A stretch of 57,670 nt of DNA. Source: Atractiella rhizophila. Lineage: Eukaryota. The stretch is from positions 49,213-106,882 of the forward strand of contig MU271286.1 in NCBI GenBank assembly GCA_021432655.1. The letters run 5' to 3'. Made by a program: the position numbers and the translations under genes. The notes under the pieces were generated by a model, which had not been told where the DNA came from, ran no database searches, and saw nothing but the letters and a program-made list of their open reading frames with translations. Below are positions 12,725 through 24,690 of the stretch, in pieces (the stretch's first letter is position 1; each line of letters begins with the position of its first letter).

Positions 12725-13044
12725 TTCTTGAGGCAGCTCCCGTTTCCTATCTTATCCTCTCTCCTGTATTCCAGCTCGTTCCTTGCGTTCAGACAATTGT
12801 CTTATTACTAGCAGTATCTTCAACTTCACACCGTGATAGAAAGAAAAGAAGAAGCTGTATTGTGACACTACACCTGCACCTACACCTCATGGCGAATTGC
12901 ATTCTCATTCCATCCTTTCATCCTTTCATCGCACATACACACATGCATGCGTAAACAAGTTGCCACTAGTTAATCCTCGACGTCGACACATCACTCCAAG
13001 CATACCGCTCATTCAACACCCACTCAACCTCCTCCACATCACAT
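12725..13044 (-). pseudogene. Diverged relic of the GNAT gene 3' end and its downstream flank
   Basis: Homologous to about 15372-15708. Encodes CDVEEVEWVLNERYAWS versus CNEEEVEWVLNERYSWS*, with a 1-bp deletion at the stop. Confidence 0.85.
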
Positions 13045-13282
13045 GGATGTAGTTAGGGGAGCTGACTGAAGTTGCGGTAGGAAATACAAAATAATAAATA
13101 ATAGGATGTCCTGGTGAGGCTCAATATCCTGTAATACTGTGCTCGACCATTCCTCATCCTCAAAGCATAGCTACTCCATTCCACTCAAATCAGTGCAATG
13201 ATAAGGTTGCGTCTTCATGTTCTCCCATATCTTCTCGATAAGTTACCGCAGAGTACTTTGTACCGGTCGATTTGGATCATGG

Positions 13283-14822
13283 CTAATGACCACTTTGGGT
13301 AGTGGCTTCGTGAATTTCAGGGTATCTAGAAGGATAAGGGCTTCCTCCATACCCCTCCTGATACGACTGTTGATATTGCGTGCTCGGTGGTGAGGCGCTC
13401 AGCTGATGCCTATTCCTGAAATCGCTAACCAGCCCGACATTAAAAGCCCGGAATGCTTGATCCCCCTTTTCGCTGAACTCGGAACCCTCGGATGTGTGCC
13501 CTGGAGTACAGCGATTGTCGACGGGAGGACTGAGTGGCACGGGCATGGGAGGAGAGAAGATGGGCTCGCGTGTTGGCTGCCGTCGACTTTTGCGACGCCG
13601 ATAAAAGAAAAAGCCAAGGATAACGAGCGCGAACGCTGCAATGCCGCCTACGACACCTCCAGCAATGGCACCGACGTTGACCGAAGATTTCGAAGAGTGC
13701 GAAGGAGGCGGATAGTAGTCCATCGTGAGAAGGAAATAGTCGATGAAGTTGGTCAATCCATCTTGTAAATTCTCCACGGTTATTGTATGTTCTTTGGATG
13801 AATCAAGGTTCTCGAAACTGCAAAGATATACAGGAAGGACGAAATCCGCAGAGGAGGAATTGAAGTCAACAACTTGATCTTCCACCGTGCATCGCCCAGT
13901 GGAATGATTGGCAGCGGTACTTCCTATGAAATAGATGGCTGAGGAATGAGCAAACGTTAGCTGTGCGGTAGCTCCTGCGTGATTAGTCGCGTGCAAAGTC
14001 TGACCAAAGAACTTCGCATTGCGCCCGTCTCCTAACGTCCAGGACTACAGGCATGGCTTGTTAAACCAGACTGTTTACGTGAGCGACGAGGAAGAGACGC
14101 ACCCCAGAATATGCGATTGCGGGATCAGAATCGTCAATGGACACATTTCTCCTCTGCAGCTGAGAGGCATCAACGCTTGTTTCTTGAGTAGAGTCGCTCA
14201 TATCGTCGTAAGTCACCCTGCAATAACGTCAGATCACTCACAACAAAACAGGATTGCAAAAAGAGAATCGCACAGGAAGGCATCGACCGTCATATCCCCT
14301 CCTCCGTCATTTGTGACCGTCAGTGTGTGCTCCTTTCCCTCGTCCAGAGCCTCAAAGCTGCACATCACGAAATTGGTTTGCCAGAGCTCATCTGCTGCGT
14401 TGACGTTCACGGGGGTTTCGTCGTCCAAGGTACAAGTAAGTCTCCCATCCGATGCTCTCCTTTCTCCGATGAAATAGATCGCCTAGCCTCCGTCATAAGC
14501 CATGACACATTCCAAACATTCCAAGACAGTACTCACACTCCCGTTAAACTTAAGCACTGCTGAAGCGCCAGCATCTCCCACTTCGTGCTTCGAAGAATTG
14601 AAGTACAGGACGGCCTGCGTTGTAGGTTCCCAGTTCTTCAACCAACCTTCAGTCGGGCTCCAGCGACTGGAATTTGTGAGTGATTCAACTCACACCACGG
14701 TAGGACACCAAATGGTTGGTGTCATCAATTGTCCAGTTCCTCGGCACAGCCAGGACGGTTGAAGCGAGTAGGGACAGCCTGAGGAACAGACCCAATTGGG
14801 GAAGCCTTAATACCCTTGACAT
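13283..14822 (-). CDS. Secreted single-pass membrane protein with two beta-sandwich-like repeats and a Mid2-like transmembrane segment
   Basis: Signal peptide MSRVLRLPQLGLFLRLSLLASTVLA. Two repeats begin IDDTN and IDDSD and each contains KEHT(L/I)TV.N. TM segment VGAIAGGVVGGIAAFALVILGFFFY is followed by RRRK and a Pro/Ser/Tyr-rich tail. Confidence 0.8.
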
Positions 14823-15452
14823 TGTCTCAGCTTCTTCTTCCGTGGCCTACGAGATGGAGAACAAGGAATAAAAACTTATGTAGACCTAGAGTCGTTTGCA
14901 GGCAGGCTTGCTTTTAAGCGCCATCTTGGCACGAGCAAATAACCCACACAGTCTAACAAGACGAGTGGATCGGAGTGGGCATCGGCCCGTTTGCTGCAAA
15001 AGCACGCAAAGAGCCTGAATCATGGGTGAATACGAATATGCCGCGACCAAGGAAACGGACCAAAGTCATCTCGTGAGAGAAGGTCGGTGCTCTCCCAGCT
15101 TCGGGTATGCCAGTGGAGTAGATTCAAACGAGAAGGCTTTTCAAAATCCACGGATCGGCCAATACTGGGCTCCGACAATTTCCTTTGAGTGTAGGAAATC
15201 ACACAGTAGCAAGGTAGCCGACTAGTTGACAGTCAGTTAGTTACGACTCATCCATACTCATCTTGCAATTGTTAATCTCGACGATTCTTGACTATCACAA
15301 TCTTCTCACAAGCATCTTTAAATTGACTCTTGATGTCGGTGACATTCTCCACTGGCATTCTTGACTGTGTAATCTTGAGTGAGGTAGTTCCTGTTTCCTA
15401 ACACTTTCCGGGCCTCACTTGATTCTCCCTGTTTCAGCTCGTACATCCAGCA

Positions 15453-16845
15453 TCCGCTCGTGGTTGGGTCCAGACGGCTTGTCTTATCACTAGCGCTATC
15501 TTCAACTTCACTGTGATAGAAAGAAAAAGAACGAGCTGTATTGTGACACTACAGCTGCGCCGACATCCTATGCCGAAATTGCATTCTCATTCTATCCTTC
15601 TATTGCATGTGTGAATGTGTCGCCGCCATTTAATGCTCGACGTCAACACGTCAACTCCAACTATACCGCTCATTCAAGACCCATTCTACCTCCTCTTCAT
15701 TACACATCGGCGGCCCATACCAAGCAAGACAAGGCCAAGAATCTTCCCTCTCTCTTCCTTTCCCTTCCTCTCTCAACCCCTCCCCTTCTTTCGGCGGCAA
15801 ACTCCCAAAGGCGTCCAACAAGCGCTCGTCCAAATTCCACACTTCCACCTTCTGCAGCCCCAGTGCGTTCCCGACCTCAGCCGCGTGTCGCAGGATGCGT
15901 AGGAAGAGGTCTAGATCAATGTTTGTGGGAGTGAAAGGCGAGGAGGGAGGAGGAAGGCGGAGGCGGAGGATCGTGAGTGTAGAATCGGCGTAGTCGTACA
16001 AGTAGTATGCAAACGCCCATCCCTTTCTCGCTCCTGCATCACCGCCATTCTTCGCCTGCGAATCCCCTGACACTGACAAAGACTCAAGGTTAGGGATGGA
16101 AAGGTCTGGTCGATCGCCAATTTCAACGCCTAGGTAAGGAGCGACGGGATGTGGTGGAGAGAGATGTAAGCCAATCAGGTTGCTCCTTTGCTGAGTGAGC
16201 AACACCTTTTCTGCCGTTGGGAGGACGGCGAGTCGCACCTTTGCGGTGTTTGCCGAATCGCCTGCGGGTATAGGAGTGGAAGAGAGGAGAGAGGAGCGAA
16301 GGAGGGCGATGTCGATAGATGCGATGGCAGACAAATTGGCTGTGGTCGTTATGGCGTTGATTTTGAATTCGGTTGAGGAGGAGAAGGGTGGGATTGAGGA
16401 GAGGAGGGAGGAGATGGAGAAGTGAGAAGAGATACGGTTGTGAATCTTCCATCCTTGTCCGCAACGCGTGTAAAAGTCTCCTATGTCTATTCCCACCATG
16501 CTGGTCAACATATTTCATAGGCCACAAAGAGTAAGAGGAGGGGAGGAAGACCTGAATACAGATTCGAACCCACCACTCCCACATCACCCTTCAGTTCCTT
16601 CTCGACAGCTTCCAGCATCCGTCTCCCGACCCCCTTCCCTCGATGTTCAGGTTTCACATACACCGCAGTGATAGTCACAATGGTGCCCTCTTCAACAACC
16701 CGTTCCTTATTATCAGTGGTAGACCCGTCACTGAGGAAAGAAACGATGGCATCATGAGGATAGCCGTCACAAAAGGCGACATAGTCGAGACTGTCGCGCT
16801 TGTCAGAAGGGATGAATACCCTTGGCCCACCAATCTGAAATCAGT
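15453..16845. repeat. Tandem segmental duplication 2, copy A (about 1.39 kb)
   Basis: Aligns to 16845-18256. Junction ...CTGAAATCAGT|CCGCTCG... shares 1 bp (T at 16845). Confidence 0.97.
15651..16845 (-). pseudogene. 5'-truncated duplicate of the GNAT acetyltransferase (last two exons, reading frame intact)
   Basis: Contains VYVKPEHRGKGVG and the full C-terminal exon but lacks exons 1-2. Confidence 0.8.
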
Positions 16846-18256
16846 CCGCTCGCGGTTGGGTCCAGACGGCTTGTCTCATCACTAGCAGTATCTTCAACTT
16901 CATATGGTGATAGAAAGAAAAAGAACGAGCTGTATTGTGATACTACAGCTGCGCCGACATCCTATGCCGAAATTGCATTCTCATTCTATCCTTCTATCCT
17001 TTCATCGCACATACACATGCATGTGTGAATGTGTCGCCGCCATTTAATGCTCGACGTCAACACGTCAACTCCAACTATACCGCTCATTCAAGACCCATTC
17101 TACCTCCTCTTCATTACACATCGGCGGCCCATACCAAGCAAGACAAGGCCAAGAATCTTCCCTCTCTCTTCCTTTGCCTTCCTCTCTCAACCCCTCCCCT
17201 TCTTTCGGCGGCAAACTCCCAAAGGCGTCCAACAAGCGCTCGTCCAAATTCCACACTTCCACCTTCTGCAGCCCCAGTGCGTTCCCGACCTCAGCCGCGT
17301 GTCGCAGGATGCGTAGGAAGAGGTCTAGATCAATGTTTGTGGGAGTGAAAGGCGAGGAGGGAGGAGGAAGGCGGAGGCGGAGGATCGTGAGTGTAGAATC
17401 GGCGTAGTCGTACAAGTAGTATGCAAACGCCCATCCCTTTCTCGCTCCTGCATCACCGCCATTCTTCGCCTGCGAATCCCCTGACACTGACAAAGACTCA
17501 AGGTTAGGGATGGAAAGGTCTGGTCGATCGCCAATTTCAACGCCTAGGTAAGGAGCGACGGGATGTGGTGGAGAGAGATGTAAGCCAATCAGGTTGCTCC
17601 TTTGCTGTGTGAGCAACACCTTTTCTGCCGTTGGGAGGACGGCGAGTCGCACCTTTGCGGTGTTCGCGGAATCGGCCGCAGGTATAGGAGTGGAAGAGAG
17701 GAGAGAGGAGCGAAGGAGGTCTGTGTCGATAGATGCGATGGCTGACAGATCGGCTGTGGTCGTTATGGCGTTGATTTTGAATTCGGTTGAGGAGAAGCGT
17801 GGGATTGAGGAGAGGAGGGAGGGGATGGAGAAGTGAGAAGAGATGGGGCTGTGAATCTTCCATCCTTGTCCGCAACGCGTGTAAAAGTCTCCAATGTCTA
17901 TTCCCACCATGCTGGTCAACATATTTCATAGGCCACAAAGAGTAAGAGGAGGGGAGGAAGACCTGAATACAGATTCGAACCCACCACTCCCACATCACCC
18001 TTCAGCTCCTTCTCGACAGCTTCCAGCATCCGTCTCCCGACGCCCTTCCCTCGATGTTCAGGTTTCACATACACCGCAGTGATAGTCACAACGGTGCCCT
18101 CTTCAACAACCCGCTCCTTATTATCAGTGGTAGACCCGTCACTGGGGAGAGAAACGAAGACATCATGAGGATAGCCGTCACAAAAGGCGACATAGTCGAG
18201 ACTGTCGCGCTTGTCAGAAGGGATGAATACCCTTGGCCCACCAATCTGAAATCAGT
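16845..18256. repeat. Tandem segmental duplication 2, copy B (about 1.41 kb)
   Basis: Near-identical to copy A in the middle; substitutions and indels cluster near 16850-17020, 17600-17860 and 18090-18165. Confidence 0.97.
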
Positions 18257-18542
18257 AACATAGAGCGGATAACTAGTGAGGTGGACAAACCAACGCTTCA
18301 TTCGTGAAGCAAAAGGCATGCTGTCCAATGTCCCTATACGGTGGAGAAAGTTCTCCAGTGTGTATGAGCCCTTTCCCCAGTGTTCCCATGCATCTCTGTT
18401 CCCTCCCACGCGAACATCAACTCTTTTCCTATACTGATGGAAAAAGATGAAATGGGAAAACGGACAAACGCGTTTGATGCCATTGCTCCTTCGTTGATGG
18501 GGAAAGCACCAACGCTTCATAGTCGAAAGAGGAGGAATCCAT
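17065..18542 (-). CDS. GNAT-family acetyltransferase, fungal LYC1 (lysine N6-acetyltransferase)-like
   Basis: Spliced reading: MDSSSFDYEALVL...WEHWGKGSYTLENF...TITAVYVKPEHRGKGVGRRML (acetyl-CoA motif A)...SNLYSDIGDFY...GW...LAWYG...VEWVLNERYSWS*. Confidence 0.82.
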
Positions 18543-19790
18543 TGTTTAGAAGGTTCCAGGTCCAGAAATGAAAATGGCGCACCCAGATGGATTCATATAT
18601 TTCAGCCCCAAAACCAGTCTACGTCCAAGTCATGCTGCTTCCATCCACGTGGGCCGATGTGAAGATTGGATATTGGATGCCCGAGCGAGACTGATTTGGC
18701 TCATGCGTGTCAAAGAAGTAGACTGCTCAGGACTTGAATAGAGCAAATGGAGTCCAATTGCAAAGAAGAATAACATATCAACTTGTACAACATCCTGTGA
18801 ATGGAGATCAGTATTTGGTGGTAGAACGAGGTGGGATGGCAGAGAGAGAGGAGTGGACACATACTTCTTGCAATTAACGCACCCCTGCGTTTTCTTGAAA
18901 CAGTCAACTCAACGCGAACCTGTCGTTCAGGGCACCCAATCCACATCATCAATCGAGACATGGCCAAGGACCCTACGGCGCCTACCGCTCCTGCGTCTTC
19001 ACCAACGCTTTTCCACGCTCTCTAACTAGGACGGTCGTGGCTAAATTCTAAACGCCGACAGAGTTCAATTCATGACATTTGAGTCGCTCGCAGGGAGGAG
19101 AGCCAGGAGCTCGCTGACCAAGCAAAGTCAGCAACATTGTGATCTTTGAATGCCGAATCATTTCCCAACTTTCCTGCTTTGCAGAATAAGCAACACATTG
19201 AACGCCTCCTTCGGGAATTGGGATTCATGTACAATTCCCTGTTCTACAGGCAGACCCCAGAACCTCTGTTTTCACAAGCGACGATGGCCGTAACGACGCC
19301 TTATAGTACCCCCAGCAGCCACCTCGACTCAATTCTATCTTCCAACTAGACATACAGCCCCAAAAGATGAACAAATGTCCTCTCCGTCCAAGGTTAGGGG
19401 TCAAATCAATCAGATCGCTCACCTCGTCGTTACATTTGACCTGGCAACGATCCAATCTCAGACTCCTTGCTCTTGCTTCGCTTTCCAATTCCAAGCTGAA
19501 ATCAATTCAAATGACAAAATCCACATCACATGAAAATTCTTGTCACAACGACGGATCAACGACGGAAAAAGCTGTTGATGAGGCCGCGATATGAGATATG
19601 ATTTCTCCATTCCGTTTCGAATACACAGCTCTTGGGGATTATTCTTAGTCATACAGTGCTACATCCATGTAGTAGAATCTGCCTTGAAGCTTGAAGAATG
19701 GAAGAACCATTCAAGTCCTTCCAATTGACCTCTGCCAATACAAAGCAATAAAACAAGATGGAGAAAATACACGCTCAAGGCGACAAAAAG

Positions 19791-21636
19791 CTATCGTTCA
19801 ATCTCGACTTCCATTGCCTCTCCCTCCCTCGCCTTTCTAATCTCCCTACTTTTCACAAACCATCTATTAGGATGATCGACGACTTCTCCTCCTCCCATCC
19901 CATCTCCTTTCTTCATCTGATGCGTGACCTCAAACAGCCTTCACCACATCATCCTGTCAATCCAAGCAATGTCTGGAAGAAAGAAGAGAACGAACCGAGT
20001 GCATGCAACGTGATATAGCTTATTCTTGGATGCATCCACAATCTCTTTGTGCTCTTCCTTCGACCGTTCCAGCCCGTAGGTACGCACGAGCGCAGTTCCG
20101 AGGGCTGTAGGGTCGAAATGTTTGAACGGACAGCCATGAGAGTCATGCGTTCCTGGTTGATCTGTCATAATGATTCGCTGGCATCTGCATCGCCCAGTAA
20201 AGATTAAAAGTTTATTACAGGATGAGGACACGTCGATTGAGTAAAGTAAAGCAATGAAAAGGGGGACGAACGATTTTGGGGGATAGTTCATACGACGGCC
20301 TTCCAGACCATAAGAATGTCGGATATTGTATTTGTACTCCTTTTCAAACTTGTCTCCTGTAATGTCCGACCTTGTGAAATGTGTTTTCCAGAATCTGAGC
20401 GCATCCTCAATTGACAGGCCAATGCCCTACAAGCAATGCATCAGTATACGTCGAAGACAAAGAATCGAGGACAGGGGAGGGATTCGAACCTTCAAGAATA
20501 GTCCGAATTGCAATCGTGCATAATGTTTCAGATGCCCGTCTTTCTTCAGTGTATCGTAGAGGTGACGCATGCACATTGGGAACCTATTCTCAACAAGAAC
20601 TAGTCAACAAAGACCTTCATTTACTCTCGAAGACAGAGAAAAGACTGACGAATTATCCCTCACGAATCCAGGAACCATCTCACTCCTTATTTCCTCTTTA
20701 TCTCCTTCGAAATCGAAATTATAGTCCTCTCCGCCGCCCGAAAGGAAGGAGGTCTCGAGATGCTCCAGTAGAGGAGGAAGGCGGGTGTCAGCGGATAGGG
20801 ATGGTAGGGCTCGTGCACATAGGAGGAGGGATTGCGACAAGAGCGAGGAAAAGACGTTGAATATGAGTTGTGGGAGGTCCCGTGAAGTTAGGTAGGCTTG
20901 GCCACGAGAGATCAAAAGTCGGCGGGAGGAGACGAGTTCTGGAATACGATTCCAAGGAGCCTTTATTCAACGCCGAACCAGCTTCAATATATAATAATGA
21001 AGAAGAGGGAAGAACAAGGGGGAGATAACAGACTTTGTAGAGTACTTCTGATGGGGAGTTTCTCATCCATCCATTTATTAAAAGTAGTTTGTCTCTGACT
21101 TTTTCTTTCTCCTCCGCTCCCACCATTTCAAGCGGCAGCAGCCCATTTTCCATGAGATATCGAAAAAATGCGTCACGCTCCTTCCCATCCTCTGTCTCCC
21201 AGCGGTATTTGAACAAGCTCGTCTCAGCTCTGACAAAGCGATCGCGGAGCTCGTCCCTACACATCACGCCCAAGACCAGCTTCACAAATCCAGCCTTCCC
21301 AACATAGTAACAGAAAAGGGAGACGTACGATCTGCAAAACGCCAATCTCAGCGCGAAATGACCAACGTTATCTCCCTTCCTCTCCGCTTCCACTTCATCC
21401 CTCTTCCCCCTCTCACATGCCCAATTATGCATCATTTTCGCCCTCCCCTTAGCATCTTCAAATGCCCTATTCCTTGAAGCACACGTTTCTATCTCTGACA
21501 ACAGGCGCAAACGCGTCAGAGCGGTGGACTCGAAGAATTCGAGTGTCGCCTCGAAGGTTGGAGGGGATAGGTAGAAGGAGAGTCGATGAGGATATTGAGC
21601 TGGTGGCTGGTTTTTGATGTCTAGTTTAGAAGACAT
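19791..21636 (-). CDS. PRI2: DNA primase large subunit
   Basis: [51 protein letters not shown] and the Fe-S cysteine motifs HGCPFKH and YHVAC. Stop TAG at 19791-19793. Confidence 0.95.
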
Positions 21637-21695
21637 TGGAGGTGAGGTGTATACACGTTTGCAGGTAATTCAAGTTACTGTTCCTGTTGGTCGTT

Positions 21696-21756
21696 ATTCG
21701 CGAATTCTGCGGGGTTGTACGCGATGTCTGCGGGAGGTTTGCGGGAGGTTCGCGCG
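21696..21756. promoter_or_regulatory. CGCG-core cluster (MCB/SCB-like) and a tandem 11-mer upstream of PRI2
   Basis: Palindrome ATTCGCGAAT at 21696, ACGCGA at 21719, TTCGCGCG at 21749, and TGCGGGAGGTT twice at 21729-21750. Confidence 0.45.
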
Positions 21757-22074
21757 CTATGGGATTGGAAGGGAAGAAGTTTTGCATGATAGAGGATAGA
21801 GGCAGAGGAGCGGATAGACCCAAGTAAGGAATAAATTTCTATAAACAGCTATTATTCAGCCAGAACCACCTACCCTTTGACCAAATTGAAAACATTTCTG
21901 GACATAATAATGACCGTCGATAAGTTAATGGACGGAAGATTGTGATTTATTAAATCGTATGGTCACACTTTAACAACGTCTGTGGTAGGTGGTAGAAAGC
22001 ACTCTGACTGACGTCCATAACACAAACGCGAGCGGTCGCAGAAGTCCCTCTTCAAAAGCTCCTTTGGTCATTTC

Positions 22075-23322
22075 TTATTCTGTGTCTAGTTCCCGCATAC
22101 GTCTTACCATCTCCTCCACGCTCCCTCCTCCTCCAAGCGCCATCTCGGCCACCTCTCGCGGGTAACGATTCAAGGTATATCTAGTAGCGGTCACCTCTTC
22201 CTCCGCCACCTTCTTCAGACGCTCATCAACAACGCGAAGGTTCGGAAAGGAGGGGGCGGAGGCGGGAGGTGTAGAGGATAGAGAGATCAGCTCGTCCCAG
22301 GTGTATAGAAGGGGATCGGTCGAATGTTTGAGCGGGGAGATATCGAGGATGTACGCTTTCGATTGGTTCGATGATAGGACGACGTCAAACGCATCTGTTG
22401 GCTGTCAGTCAGCGTGTTGAGATATAGAGGAGGAAGACAAACATGACGTTAGCGGAAAGTTAGGGGCTACGATCGAGTTGAAGAAATCCAAGAGCAGGTT
22501 CCGGATGGTATCGATGACGGAGGGGTCCTGAAGGAATGGATAGAAGTTGAGATCTCGATCTCGATGAGAAGCAGCTACACATCCAGTGTTTTCAGCAGTC
22601 TATCGGCTGAGGGGACCACGAAAGACGAACATACCTACAAATCGTCCATCGATCACAAAACATCTCCACTCCTGACTTGGTTGCACCTCCTTCCACACTT
22701 TTAGCACAAGCTCAACATCGTAGCCTTCTGGTTCTCCATCGACGCACCCATCAAATGCGTAGTCGAGATCTCGAACGATGTTGTCCGACGCCTTAAGGAG
22801 TTGATAAATCTCGGCTGGGGTCGTGCAACGAAGAAAGGCAGAGGTGGGATGGATCCAAGACGCATCCTGAGCAGGTCCAATTAGATAATCAGTTAAGCGA
22901 TGGGACGCGGAGAGCAGACCTTGGGGGAAGACCAGTTAAGTTTGGGGAACACGCCAGAAGGGAACCGTTTGAGGTAGGCTAAAATGAAGGCGTGCAATTG
23001 AGGGAAGTGATATTGTTTTGGGACGTCCTCGTCCTCTTCCACTTCTGACTCATCTTCTGTGGCTTTCTCCAAACCATCCCTGTGATAAATCAAAAAGGCG
23101 CTTCAGTCTGAGTACATCATCTTGTGATGAACTTGCAAAGAAGACAAACAAAGGCAGAAACAATCCCTCCTGTGCCATCCACTCCCGAAAATCATTCTCC
23201 TCCTCTGCCCCGATTTTGAAAGAGGCCGCTTTTGGGGTCATCGAGTTCTCCTTGAGCGCTGGGATGGAATGCCATGCTGAGAAAGAGCAAGCGAGCACGT
23301 CGCGGGTCGTTACGTTTTCCAT
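22075..23322 (-). CDS. CDC123: Cell division cycle protein 123 (D123 family, eIF2 assembly factor)
   Basis: LACSFSAWH, VFPKLNWSSPKDASWI, IYQLLKASDNIVRDL, EWRCFV and DPLLYTWDEL. Confidence 0.92.
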
Positions 23323-23530
23323 TTCGTTTCTTCTTGAAATGAAAAACGTTTGCACATTCGATCAATCATCCCGACTGGAAGCAAATTATTGCCCCTTGTT
23401 CGTTTCTCGGATCCGGAAACGACCACTCGACGTCATTTTGGATGAAATTTGGAGAGTTTTATAGTCAACTGATTGTGGAGTCACCTGAAAGTTATTGGAC
23501 AAGGGAAATGTACACTAGGGACGACTGGAA

Positions 23531-24322
23531 ATGACTGAACTCACGGGTTTGTACCTTCTTTCACCGTGTTCATGATGGAAGCATCGTCAGACCTACGCTA
23601 AGGAATGATGATGAACAGAACTCATTGAATCGCACGACTACCTAATCAAAATAATAATAATCGGCTCATCAAACGTTGGAAAGTCATCGTTCGTCCAAAG
23701 GTTCCTGACCAACACTTTCCGCACACCATCCTCACATACAATCGGAGTCGAGTTCTCTTCCACCCTCTTACGACTGCCTCCGAAGGGTACCAAGGTGAAG
23801 GTCCAAATCTGGGACACGGCGGGTCAAGAAAGGTTTCGATCTGTCACGAGGAACTATTATCGAGGTTCAGCTGGCTGCATCCTCATGTACGACATCACCG
23901 ATCGTTCCTCCTTCCTCGCCCTTCCTCAGTGGTTATCCGATATACGCACCTTGTGTCCAAAGAACTGCGTCGTCCTCCTCGTCGGTAACAAAGCCGACGT
24001 ACCCCCAGAGAGCCGTCAAGTTTCTCTTCAGGAAGCGGAAGCATTCGCCTCCCAGAATGATATCCTTCACCTGGAACTTTCTGCCTTAGAACCGAAGGAG
24101 GAGACTCCAACCGAGTTGCCATTCATAATGATTTGCACAAAGGTTCTTGCAATGATTGACCAAGGTTTAGTGGATCCAAGAGAGCGGGATGCTGGTATTA
24201 GTTTGGGTGAGGGAGGCAGGAGGAGGGGGAGTATGGCTTCTTCAGCCAGTACTTGGGGAAGGGGATGGAAAGAGTCCGGGAGAGAGAGGTGGAGGGGGGG
24301 ACGAGGAGGGAGTTGCTGCTGA
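23531..24322 (+). CDS. Rab GTPase, Rab4/Ypt4-like
   Basis: Exon 1 MTELT, intron about 23547-23618, then HDYLIKIIIIGSSNVGKS, TIGVEF, WDTAGQERFRSVTRNYYRG, GNKAD and a C-terminal CC prenylation motif. Confidence 0.92.
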
Positions 24323-24690
24323 GCGCTTTTGAATGTATTCTGGGACTACTGATCATTGTTCACGACTATGTCTTTGATACCCACTACTCTTTGAGTACCT
24401 TCTAATCCCAATGTGTATATTTCAACTAGCTGATGGGGAAACAAATAGTTCACATAGTGTCATAAAAGCAAGGAAGGCATGCGACATTGTTTGGGTTCAC
24501 TAATTATTATGTGGATGGGGATGTGTGACAAATCAAACCAAGAAGGATAAATAAGGCATCTATTGTCAACTAGCATAAGAAATACAAATCCATTCCTGTC
24601 CAAAGATCAAGAACGCGATAGAAAAGCAGCAGACCAGACTACTTGAGGACTTTCCAATCTTTCGAACAATTCAGATTAGGACCTGCTGTC

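Noticed and set aside
13135..15380. TACTGTG (13135) and CACAGTA (15202) as transposon ends, with TCTTGA-like repeats at 15260-15380
   Set aside because: The match is only 7 bp, the ends face outward and there is no matching TSD. It could be a TE remnant but is not supportable.
20468..20493. tRNA T-arm/B-box-like GAAGGTTCGAATCCCTCCCCTGTCC on the minus strand
   Set aside because: It coincides with a PRI2 exon/intron donor (AAG|GTTCGA). The sequence upstream is coding, and no D-arm or anticodon arm can be folded.
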